From the IMG/VR virus record IMGVR_UViG_3300020172_001601, positions 276,342 through 340,341 of that record: a stretch of DNA of 64,000 nucleotides; one strand, written 5' to 3'. Shown one piece after another: positions 9,108 through 16,514 of this stretch (positions within the stretch are counted from its first letter, which is position 1; the number at the start of each line of letters is the position of its first letter). Made by a program: the position numbers and the translations under genes. Under the pieces are notes generated by a model that ran no database searches, was not told where the DNA came from, and was given only the letters and a program-made list of their open reading frames with translations.

Positions 9108-9401
9108 ATGCTGACAACTGCGGAACGAATTGAACAAGCGACAGCTTACGGCGTAGGCACCAAAGCCTATGTTGACACCTTCGGGGGAATGGTCCCCTGT
9201 GTGGTCACGGAAATTCACAAGCCGAACGCCAATGGCATTGTCATCGGCCACGACGAATTGACCGTGCGAATTGAAGAAACCCGTGGGGGATATACGAAAG
9301 GCGAGATCGTCACACGGTCAGCCGCATACACTCCCCCACGAAAGCATCGTATCCTGCGGGGATACAGCTACCGAATCAACACGGCGTACAAGTACGTCTA
9401 G
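9108..9401 (+). CDS. hypothetical protein
   Basis: AAGGAG RBS; stop lies inside the repeat at 9393. Confidence 0.8.
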   Translation: MLTTAERIEQATAYGVGTKAYVDTFGGMVPCVVTEIHKPNANGIVIGHDELTVRIEETRGGYTKGEIVTRSAAYTPPRKHRILRGYSYRINTAYKYV

Positions 9402-9418
9402 TGTACCCTACATGGCAA

Positions 9419-9749
9419 CACGGTATGGCTGCTCAAGTGGTGTTGCAGCATTGCTTGAGCATAACACGAGGAGAGAAAAACCAATGGGCAACTAATTCCC
9501 CGATGATGACAAATAGGCGATGCAACAAGCCTTGATCGGACGCAATCGTGCTGCAATACGATTGAACAAGACAAGAAACGACTGCAAGACCTTGCTGTTT
9601 AGGGGCGACCATACGGAATGTCGCAAAACTTAGCCGTGCCGAATTGGTCAGTGCGCAAAGCAGAGAAAACCAGCACCAGCTACCACTGGTGAAAGGCATC
9701 GGTAGAGCAGGTTGGAGTCCTGCAAATCTGGTTTTCTCTGCTTTGGGCA
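9419..9749 (+). ncRNA. candidate structured non-coding RNA filling one repeat unit
   Basis: No credible ORF; hairpin 9430-9461; perfect 18-bp stem 9656-9673/9728-9745 enclosing two hairpins. Confidence 0.5.
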
Positions 9750-9805
9750 TAGGTCTAGTGTACCCTAGTGTGTGTAACGAACACTCAACCCTGCGAGACA
9801 AGAAC

Positions 9806-10171
9806 ATGGCCGACTTGAAAGAAAAGATTGCTGAGTTTGTGAAGGCCGCTGACGAAGTGTCTGCCGCTTATTGGGAGCGACAGAAATTCACCTTCGCCAA
9901 GCCGACGCAACACCGTGCCGACTTCATCAGCGACAAATGGGTGCGTGTCGTGTCTCTGGACGTGCCGCATGAAGGCCCGCCAGTCGTGTCGTCGGTCTAT
10001 GCCTTCATCGCCCTGCAAGACGGCCACACGAAGACGCTGGGAGCAATCAAGGCGGGCGACATTCACAAGCCTGCCGGGTTCAAGGCCCCTGCCAAGCACG
10101 CACGGGGCAACGTCTTCGAGGATGACTTCCGCAAGGCTATCCAGCCGAACGGCATCGTTTACTTGAAATAA
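9806..10171 (+). CDS. hypothetical phage protein (GDIHKPAGFKAPAKHARGN motif)
   Basis: ORF after the repeat at 9750; the motif resembles one I recall from other phage hypothetical proteins. Confidence 0.85.
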   Translation: MADLKEKIAEFVKAADEVSAAYWERQKFTFAKPTQHRADFISDKWVRVVSLDVPHEGPPVVSSVYAFIALQDGHTKTLGAIKAGDIHKPAGFKAPAKHARGNVFEDDFRKAIQPNGIVYLK

Positions 10172-10303
10172 TACAACGCAGACTAGGCCAGTCTGCGGGG
10201 GAGCCAACGAGCGGCTATGCCAAGCAGGAAACTCCCCTGAAATCACAGGTCCAGTGTACCCTGGTGGGTGTGAATAACACCCACCACTTCTAAGGAATGC
10301 GAG

Positions 10304-10531
10304 TTGACTTACCAAGAATTGAAAGCAAAGGTCAGTGCAGCACTTGGCGACGTTGGATTTTCCATCGAAGCGACGGACGACGGCCAGTTGGTCATTTATA
10401 CCGACTTGAAAGAAGTCGAAGATCAGGACGAACTGGAGAACTACGAGCCGACGAATGAACCCTTGGAATCATTGGACGACTTTCTGAGAGAAGAGTTGGG
10501 CGACAAAGACGCTTCCCTGTTTCTCAAGTAG
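10304..10531 (+). CDS. acidic hypothetical protein
   Basis: AAGGA RBS, TTG start; the stop is the repeat TAG. Confidence 0.7.
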   Translation: MTYQELKAKVSAALGDVGFSIEATDDGQLVIYTDLKEVEDQDELENYEPTNEPLESLDDFLREELGDKDASLFLK

Positions 10532-10585
10532 GTCCAGTGTACCCTAGTGGGTGTAACGAACAACCTCAACACGGAGAACTCTGCG

Positions 10586-10816
10586 ATGGCTATTACGCTG
10601 ACCCCTTCCTATGGTCGTGACTACAAGAACGGCAAAGAAGTCCAAGAAGCCTGGGACGCTGGCAAGGACTTCACGATCAACTCCATCGGCCACCCGGACG
10701 ATGGGCGGCAGATCAACAAGCAGGACGCCGAACGTGAGGGCGGCACCTTCAACATCCGGTACAAAAAACTGACCCAGATCAAGGTCATCAAGGTCAAGAA
10801 GGTCGCTGCGGCTTAG
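10586..10816 (+). CDS. hypothetical protein (LTPSYGRDYK motif)
   Basis: GGAG RBS; the stop is the repeat TAG. Confidence 0.85.
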   Translation: MAITLTPSYGRDYKNGKEVQEAWDAGKDFTINSIGHPDDGRQINKQDAEREGGTFNIRYKKLTQIKVIKVKKVAAA

Positions 10817-10842
10817 GTCCAGTGTACCTTACACAGTGTAAC

Positions 10843-11053
10843 GCCTCCCAAACATCGGCCTTGGGCAAGCCAATCAATCAGAATAAAGGAACCCCTTCCC
10901 ATGAATGTCTGAAGTCCGCTAACTCCCCGGCGTAGTCATCCACGTTAGAGCGGGGCGGGACTGCAAAGCGATGGCCGCACGTCAGCAATGGGCAGCATTG
11001 TGCTGGCTGACGTGTGAATGAAGTGCCTCCCAAACATTGGCCTTGGGCAAGCC
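10843..11053 (+). repeat. pair of 29-bp direct repeats in a non-coding unit
   Basis: GCCTCCCAAACAT(C/T)GGCCTTGGGCAAGCC at 10843-10871 and 11025-11053. Confidence 0.9.
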
Positions 11054-11067
11054 GAAAGCAAATGCGT

Positions 11068-11100
11068 AGGGCAGGACCAACCTGCCCTTTTTTTGTTTTT
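11068..11100 (+). terminator. intrinsic terminator
   Basis: AGGGCAGG-ACCAA-CCTGCCCT plus T tract. Confidence 0.85.
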
Positions 11101-11149
11101 GTTTGTGTAGGTCTATTGTACCCTAGAGGGTGTAACAAGCGAACAACAT

Positions 11150-11287
11150 GGCGGCGTAGCTCAACTGGCTAGAGCAACCATCATTATCGTAGCGATTGAT
11201 CGGGGGTCCACGGTCAATGCGGCCAACGTGTGTACAGCGTTGGTTTGAGAGGATGGGAAGACGGGGGTTCGATGCCCTCCGCTGTCT
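11150..11287 (+). ncRNA. tRNA-like RNA with the anticodon loop replaced by a ~70-nt insert
   Basis: Acceptor GGCGGCG/CGCTGTC, TA, D arm GCTC-AACTGGCTA-GAGC, stem CCATC/GATGG, 5-nt variable loop, T arm GGGGG-TTCGATG-CCCTC; no encoded CCA. Confidence 0.8.
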
Positions 11288-11402
11288 GCTTACACTGTAG
11301 GGCATTTGCCCGAACAACGAGGCGTCAGAACACGCCTACAACCCCGAAAGGGGAGAGAGTGTAAGGTAGCCGTAGTGTACCCTAGTGGGCAGGAGAACAA
11401 CA

Positions 11403-11561
11403 ATGCGAAAAACTGAAGGGGCAACCAAAGCCCACGCCTCTGTCGGGTATCACAAACACCTTCGACCATTCGGCAAGCGACTGGCGAACAAAGCCACTCG
11501 CAAGAATGGCAAGCGTAGCACCAGTGTACCCTATGGGGCAGGAGACAAACATGGAAATTGA
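11403..11561 (+). CDS. small basic protein
   Basis: AGGAG RBS; MRKTEGATKAHASVGYHKHLRPFGKRLANK...; reads through the repeat at 11516; below the ORF-track cut-off. Confidence 0.55.
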   Translation: MRKTEGATKAHASVGYHKHLRPFGKRLANKATRKNGKRSTSVPYGAGDKHGN

Positions 11562-11922
11562 AGACGTGCGAAATACCCGATCCATGAGAATGGACCCGGA
11601 AAGCCCTGCGGAATACGACGAGATGGACGCCATCACCGCTGGCCCCAATGGTATGAAATTGATGCCAGTGTTCAGCGGTGAGATGTTTCAACAGTCCGTT
11701 GCCTATCCCGTCATCGTGGAAGCATGGGACAAGAAGAACAGCGGACGCCACAAACGCCGATGGGAAGCGACATTCACCCAAGCCGAACGGAACAAGATCA
11801 GCCGGTATTATGGCCGGTTTTACCGCTGGTATCTGGTCAGCGGCACGCCCAAACGTGTGTCACTGCAATTGAACACCTTGACCCTCCTGCAAAGGGCAGT
11901 GAACTTCTTCGCTGAATGTTAG
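11551..11922 (+). CDS. hypothetical protein
   Basis: AGGAG RBS; the stop is the repeat TAG. Confidence 0.8.
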   Translation: MEIEDVRNTRSMRMDPESPAEYDEMDAITAGPNGMKLMPVFSGEMFQQSVAYPVIVEAWDKKNSGRHKRRWEATFTQAERNKISRYYGRFYRWYLVSGTPKRVSLQLNTLTLLQRAVNFFAEC

Positions 11923-11943
11923 GGCTAGTGTACCCTAGAGGGC

Positions 11944-12237
11944 ATGATGAAAGACGCATACGGAAACGATCAAGTATATCTGGTCCAGCCCACAACTCTG
12001 GACTATGAGATCAGCTATGGTGGCGATGGTGTCAAAACATGCCAAGAGGGACGCTATCGACACTATTTCACTGCCAGTGCTGGCGGTTTGTCGGGTAGCA
12101 TTAGAATTCAATTGAACCGAGTCAGCGCCGAACGGTTTGCTGCCTATAACGGCCTGCGGTTGATAACCGACGTTGAACGTGAAGAAATTCAAGAAAGGTG
12201 GAGCGTCAGAGTGCCGGATTGGTCCAGTGTACCCTAG
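11944..12237 (+). CDS. hypothetical protein
   Basis: Starts 6 nt after the 18-bp repeat core; ends WSSVP* inside the next repeat. Confidence 0.65.
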   Translation: MMKDAYGNDQVYLVQPTTLDYEISYGGDGVKTCQEGRYRHYFTASAGGLSGSIRIQLNRVSAERFAAYNGLRLITDVEREEIQERWSVRVPDWSSVP

Positions 12238-12274
12238 ACGGTGTAACGATCACTCAACCCTGCGGAGAATGACA

Positions 12275-12526
12275 ATGGTTCAATTGAAAGTCGTGGCTGT
12301 GTCGAGCAACCACAATAGTTTCGGCCTGCGAAACATGATCCTCATCGGGGACAATGGCGAAGGCTGGCAAGCTGCGGCCAATGACCTGAACGTGAAGCCG
12401 AAGGATACCATCCTGCGGATACCCGAAGGGCAGGACATTCCCACGTTCCTGACGCTGCAATCTTTCGAGATTCCTTCACAACTGGCCGACCCGCCTGCCG
12501 AACTATTGAAAGAAGTTTGGGGCTAG
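12275..12526 (+). CDS. hypothetical protein
   Basis: GGAG RBS; the stop is the repeat TAG. Confidence 0.8.
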   Translation: MVQLKVVAVSSNHNSFGLRNMILIGDNGEGWQAAANDLNVKPKDTILRIPEGQDIPTFLTLQSFEIPSQLADPPAELLKEVWG

Positions 12527-12584
12527 GTCCAGTGTACCCTAGAGGGTGTAAGGAACACTTCAGTCCTCTGCGAAAGGCAATGCG

Positions 12585-12920
12585 ATGTTGAGCCACAAAA
12601 TTGCGATTTACATTCCTTCCACTGTCAACGGCAATCAGCCCGCCCCGGTTGATATGATCGAACGGTGGGTGCGGGCCAGCAAGATCAAGCTGGCCAACCT
12701 GTTCGGTGGGTTTACGACCTACAACGGGCAAGGGGGATGGTACTCGCCCGAACACGGTTTGATCGAAGAGAACGTGATTATCGTTCAAGCGTTCACCGAT
12801 CAAGAGGGGCTGACCAAACTGGACAAAGTGAACGAACTGGCGAAGGAAATCGCCAGCGACATGGGCCAGGAAATGGTGTCGGTCGAAGTCGATGGAACAC
12901 TCAACTTCGTGACAGCGTAA
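12585..12920 (+). CDS. DUF3574-like / PII-fold-like hypothetical protein
   Basis: FGGFTTYNGQGGW...E...GQEMV pattern. Confidence 0.55.
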   Translation: MLSHKIAIYIPSTVNGNQPAPVDMIERWVRASKIKLANLFGGFTTYNGQGGWYSPEHGLIEENVIIVQAFTDQEGLTKLDKVNELAKEIASDMGQEMVSVEVDGTLNFVTA

Positions 12921-12925
12921 GGCAG

Positions 12926-12955
12926 GGACGGGCAGTAATGCCCGTCTTTTTTTCT
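12926..12955 (+). terminator. intrinsic terminator
   Basis: GACGGGCA-GTAA-TGCCCGTC plus T tract. Confidence 0.85.
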
Positions 12956-12988
12956 GAGTTTGTGTAGGTCTATTGTACCCTAGAGAAC

Positions 12989-13255
12989 ATGAGAGTCAGC
13001 AACACATTATTGATTTCCCTGTTTTATGAACCGGGAACGTCACATATTGCCGGAATTGAAAACCGAGCAATACAAGCGATGGAATTGGGGATGATTTCAG
13101 AACTCCCCAAGATCACTGTGGCGAAAAGTGAGAAGACACCATTCTGGCACTTGAAGCTGGAAGTCAAGGATGAAGATCGGCCATTCTGGTTCGGTTTTTA
13201 CTTAGGGAAAGACTTCTGCATCAACAATCGACCAATCACTGTCGGCTGTGATTAG
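12989..13255 (+). CDS. hypothetical protein
   Basis: Starts 6 nt after the repeat core; the stop is the repeat TAG. Confidence 0.7.
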   Translation: MRVSNTLLISLFYEPGTSHIAGIENRAIQAMELGMISELPKITVAKSEKTPFWHLKLEVKDEDRPFWFGFYLGKDFCINNRPITVGCD

Positions 13256-13309
13256 GTCCAGTGTACCCTAGAGGGTGTAAGGAACACTTAACCCCCTGCG
13301 AGATACGCC

Positions 13310-13495
13310 ATGCCGAAGAAAATGGATCATGCCGCCTACCAACGTGGTCTGCGGTCGAAGTCGGTTGCTCAACTCCAATTTATTGCGAAGGATGCCAACG
13401 AAGCCGCCACGGTTAACCCGCAAGGCGAAAACGCTGGCTACTACGCCGACGAAGTGCATTATGCACTCGCCGAACTCAAACGTCGTCAAGGATGA
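13310..13495 (+). CDS. small hypothetical protein
   Basis: 61 aa after the repeat at 13253. Confidence 0.75.
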   Translation: MPKKMDHAAYQRGLRSKSVAQLQFIAKDANEAATVNPQGENAGYYADEVHYALAELKRRQG

Positions 13496-13671
13496 AAAAC
13501 ATGAAACTGGCAAGCATAGCGGTCGCATTCCTCCTGTTGGCGGGATGCGCCGCTCCTCCGAGACATTGGGAAGCTCCCCGTGAGCATTACCACAAGGAAT
13601 TAAGCGTCGAAGTCCGGGAAAGCGGCGATGGCCGTCCCCAAGTCGTTGCTACGTTCAAAATCACCAACTAG
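13492..13671 (+). CDS. small lipoprotein
   Basis: MKNMKLASIAVAFLLLAG-C lipobox; ATGA overlap; the stop is the repeat TAG; 59 aa, absent from the ORF track. Confidence 0.75.
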   Translation: MKNMKLASIAVAFLLLAGCAAPPRHWEAPREHYHKELSVEVRESGDGRPQVVATFKITN

Positions 13672-13725
13672 GTCCAGTGTACCCTATATGGTGTGAAGGA
13701 CACCAACAAAAAGGGAAACCAAGCC

Positions 13726-13911
13726 ATGCACACAACGACCGCACGAAAGGACAACAAGAAAACAACAATCGTTCTGCCGCCGCTTCCACCGTGGCAAGTG
13801 GCGAAGGGACACCAACAACACCGTGGCGGGGCAGGCACTCACGCCGACCGCCGCACGAACCGTCAACGGACACGAGCCGCCCAACAACGGGCAGCAGTGT
13901 CAGATGACTGA
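13726..13911 (+). CDS. small basic protein
   Basis: Arg-rich AGTHADRRTNRQRTR. Confidence 0.65.
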   Translation: MHTTTARKDNKKTTIVLPPLPPWQVAKGHQQHRGGAGTHADRRTNRQRTRAAQQRAAVSDD

Positions 13912-14093
13912 AAGGCACCATCATGTGCAAACTAAACTCTAAGGCAAGGAGGCTGCAAAAGGCAAGACGTTGGGCTGAAAAGATGCTGATCGACCTGAAG
14001 ACGTGGCCCGGTGGACTTGAAGACTTCGCCGAAGCACTTAGGTCCAGTGTACCCTATATGGTGTGAAGAACACTCAACCCTGCGAGATCAATC

Positions 14094-14321
14094 ATGAAGA
14101 CCGAACCGAAGACGTTCCGCTTGGGCAGCAACGACATGGTTTCTGCCCCCGGCATCCTCAAGTGGGCCATGAATGGCTACAAATTCAAACGTGACCGCAA
14201 GAAGATGGTCAACGTGATGAAAGCGTGGGAGGGCCTGACCGATGCCCAATGGGGCAAGGTGCTGGCGGGTGAAATCCCCCACACCATCGAAGGCGATGTC
14301 GTGGTAATCACCATCGAATGA
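14094..14321 (+). CDS. hypothetical protein
   Basis: ORF between a repeat and a terminator. Confidence 0.8.
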   Translation: MKTEPKTFRLGSNDMVSAPGILKWAMNGYKFKRDRKKMVNVMKAWEGLTDAQWGKVLAGEIPHTIEGDVVVITIE

Positions 14322-14325
14322 CAAC

Positions 14326-14356
14326 AAAGGGCAGCAAGTCGCTGCCCTTTTCTTTT
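14326..14356 (+). terminator. intrinsic terminator (same hairpin as at 16169)
   Basis: AAAGGGCAGC-AAGTC-GCTGCCCTTT plus T tract. Confidence 0.85.
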
Positions 14357-14414
14357 ATGTTTTTGTGTAGGTCTATTGTACCCTAGTGGGTGTCACACAA
14401 AGGAGACAATTGCG

Positions 14415-14762
14415 ATGATTACCAAAGTATCTGCTGACACGTTTCACAATGATGTTTACCACCACGATGGCCCTGTCGTCGTGACCTTCGGCTATACGGG
14501 CTGCGGCCCATGCCGTTCCTTGCAACCCAGCCTTGAGAAGCTGGCCGAAACTGGCGTCAAGGTCGTCAAGGTCGATATTGTCGATGACCCTGACATTGCC
14601 ACGCACTTCGGCATCAGCAGCGTGCCGACAACCCTGTTCTTCGCCCGTGGCGAACCACGATTGTCGTTCAATGGCGTTGCCAACGTCAAGAAGCTGCAAG
14701 CACTGCTGGCTGAAGCCGTGGCCGATGGCGAGAAGTCGCCCGCCGACCACGCCCATGCCTAG
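14415..14762 (+). CDS. thioredoxin-family protein
   Basis: VVVTFGYTGCGPC, SSVPT cis-Pro motif; the stop is the repeat TAG. Confidence 0.88.
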   Translation: MITKVSADTFHNDVYHHDGPVVVTFGYTGCGPCRSLQPSLEKLAETGVKVVKVDIVDDPDIATHFGISSVPTTLFFARGEPRLSFNGVANVKKLQALLAEAVADGEKSPADHAHA

Positions 14763-14816
14763 CCCTAGTGTACCCTATAGGGTGTGATGGAACGAAACCT
14801 TCAACGGAGAACTGCG

Positions 14817-15056
14817 ATGGCTAACGGTTGGCATGAAGACTTTGAAGACGAAACCTTCCCGCCCGAACTGCACGAGCAGGAAGACTGGAGCGAACTCGAA
14901 GAAGACTTCGACGACGAAGAGTTCGACGATGACGAATTCGAGGACGATGACGGCGAACTGGCCCGTGACCTGATCCTTGAACGTCAGGAACTCGAAGACT
15001 TCGAGGGCCTTGATCCCTTCGAGGATCGCTACGACTACGAAGGCGACGGCTTCTAA
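14817..15056 (+). CDS. extremely acidic small protein
   Basis: 38 of 79 residues are D/E, no Lys; GGAG RBS. Confidence 0.8.
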   Translation: MANGWHEDFEDETFPPELHEQEDWSELEEDFDDEEFDDDEFEDDDGELARDLILERQELEDFEGLDPFEDRYDYEGDGF

Positions 15057-15065
15057 GGGCAACGA

Positions 15066-15100
15066 AGGACAGGGAAAGCCTCCCTGTCCTTTTTCTTTCT
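15066..15100 (+). terminator. intrinsic terminator
   Basis: AGGACAGGGA-AAGCC-TCCCTGTCCT plus T tract. Confidence 0.85.
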
Positions 15101-15172
15101 GAGTTTGTGTAGGTCTATTGTACCCTAGTGGGTGTGTCGAAGAGAACGAAACCTGTCCAACGGAGAACTGCA

Positions 15173-15358
15173 ATGGTGACTGCGACCATCGAAGGCAACG
15201 AACTCGTGATTCGCCTTCCCCTCAACACGCCCCGGCCCAGCGCCACGGGCAAGACGCTCGTGGTTGCCACGAGCAGCGGCAACAAGGCCACCGAAGCCGA
15301 AGTCAACGGGCAAAAGGTAGTCGTCGGCGTCAACGCCTACATCTACCCGCCCAAATAG
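15173..15358 (+). CDS. small hypothetical protein (SATGKTLVVAT motif)
   Basis: GGAG RBS, strong codon bias. Confidence 0.8.
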   Translation: MVTATIEGNELVIRLPLNTPRPSATGKTLVVATSSGNKATEAEVNGQKVVVGVNAYIYPPK

Positions 15359-15438
15359 TCAACAAAAGGCAACACTAGGGTACGTCCAGTGTACCCTAGT
15401 GTGTGTTGGGATCAATCACCTTCACTCAAGGATCGACC

Positions 15439-15684
15439 ATGCGAGTATTGGCTAAGACGTTCGGCTGGCTTGTCGTCAGTGGGCTTATCATCTTCATCAG
15501 CAACCTGAGCGCCGGTGTCGATTGGAAAGTCGCCCTGATCGGTGCGGCTGTTGCGAAGATCGGCACGACCATTGCCTACTTCTTCTACGAAATCGGCTTC
15601 GAGAAGGCGTGGAAACGTCAGCCAAAGGCAACGACGGTCACGGCAACAACGGCATCGGCAACGCCATGCCCTTGCCCGGCTTAG
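15439..15684 (+). CDS. DUF2061-like membrane protein
   Basis: R..AKT..W, two hydrophobic segments, YFFYE...W; the stop is the repeat TAG. Confidence 0.6.
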   Translation: MRVLAKTFGWLVVSGLIIFISNLSAGVDWKVALIGAAVAKIGTTIAYFFYEIGFEKAWKRQPKATTVTATTASATPCPCPA

Positions 15685-15752
15685 GGCTAGTGTACCCTAG
15701 AGGGTGTCCAACACGGACGAACGACAACCCCCTGCGAATGAGGAACTGAGTT

Positions 15753-16160
15753 ATGGCCACTACTGAAGTCAAGCTGGTATCGGAAATCATCGAAGCTGTC
15801 CCCGGCGTCAAGCGTGCGTTCCACGTCTTCACGCCAGCCCTTCAGCATCGCCTTGAGAACAACGCCAGCAACCTGCCGGTGATGGCCCTGCGGTCTTCAA
15901 TCCACAACTACGGCAAGATGAAGCTGTACGCTCGCATCGAATGCCTTGGGCCGTCCAGCCTTGACCCGCTGTTCGGCAACCCACTGCCCGGCACGGGTGG
16001 CCGTGGCGTGGCAATCATGTTCACCGAATTCCCCCTTCGGGTATGGTATCCCGAAGGGCAAAAGCCCCCGGTCGTTGACACGCCGGACGGACGCAACCCG
16101 AAGGACATACTTGAGGAAGTCAAGCTCAAGTATGAACTCGCCTTCCACGACGATTTCTAA
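15753..16160 (+). CDS. hypothetical protein
   Basis: GAGGA RBS, followed by a terminator. Confidence 0.85.
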   Translation: MATTEVKLVSEIIEAVPGVKRAFHVFTPALQHRLENNASNLPVMALRSSIHNYGKMKLYARIECLGPSSLDPLFGNPLPGTGGRGVAIMFTEFPLRVWYPEGQKPPVVDTPDGRNPKDILEEVKLKYELAFHDDF

Positions 16161-16168
16161 TCGTCAGG

Positions 16169-16200
16169 AAAGGGCAGCAAGTCGCTGCCCTTTCTTTTTG
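16169..16200 (+). terminator. intrinsic terminator
   Basis: AAAGGGCAGC-AAGTC-GCTGCCCTTT plus T tract. Confidence 0.85.
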
Positions 16201-16514
16201 TTTATGTTTGTGTAGGTCTATTGTACCCTAGAGGGCAAGGAGATCGGCACATGACCTTTCGAGAGTGGTATCGGATGACCGAACGTGAGATTCGGTGGAA
16301 TCGCAGTTTCCTGTATCGTGTCTTCAACAAGATCGGACTCGCATGATTCGCAAAGCTCTGGCCTTCGTGGTCAACGTCTTCAACTTCCTCGTTCCTGCGA
16401 ACCAAGGGCCGCAACCGACGCCGCCCAACTACTTCGGCCCCTGCCCGTAGTAGGTCAAGTGTACCCTAGTGAGTGCGGGCAATGTCGCCCGCCTCACTCT
16501 TGGGGTTTTACAAA

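Noticed and set aside
11150-11287. tmRNA or ordinary tRNA-Tyr
   Set aside because: It has a full D stem, no G3-U70 and no tag ORF; it has no 7-nt anticodon loop, no long variable arm and no A73.
830-15403. ORF-track N-termini such as MYPSG.. and MGV..
   Set aside because: They arise from GTG/TTG inside the element; RBS-led starts lie downstream and were used instead.
1295-15684. TAG stop-codon reassignment
   Set aside because: Long genes are intact in the standard code, downstream genes have their own RBS, and TAG stops are explained by the element.
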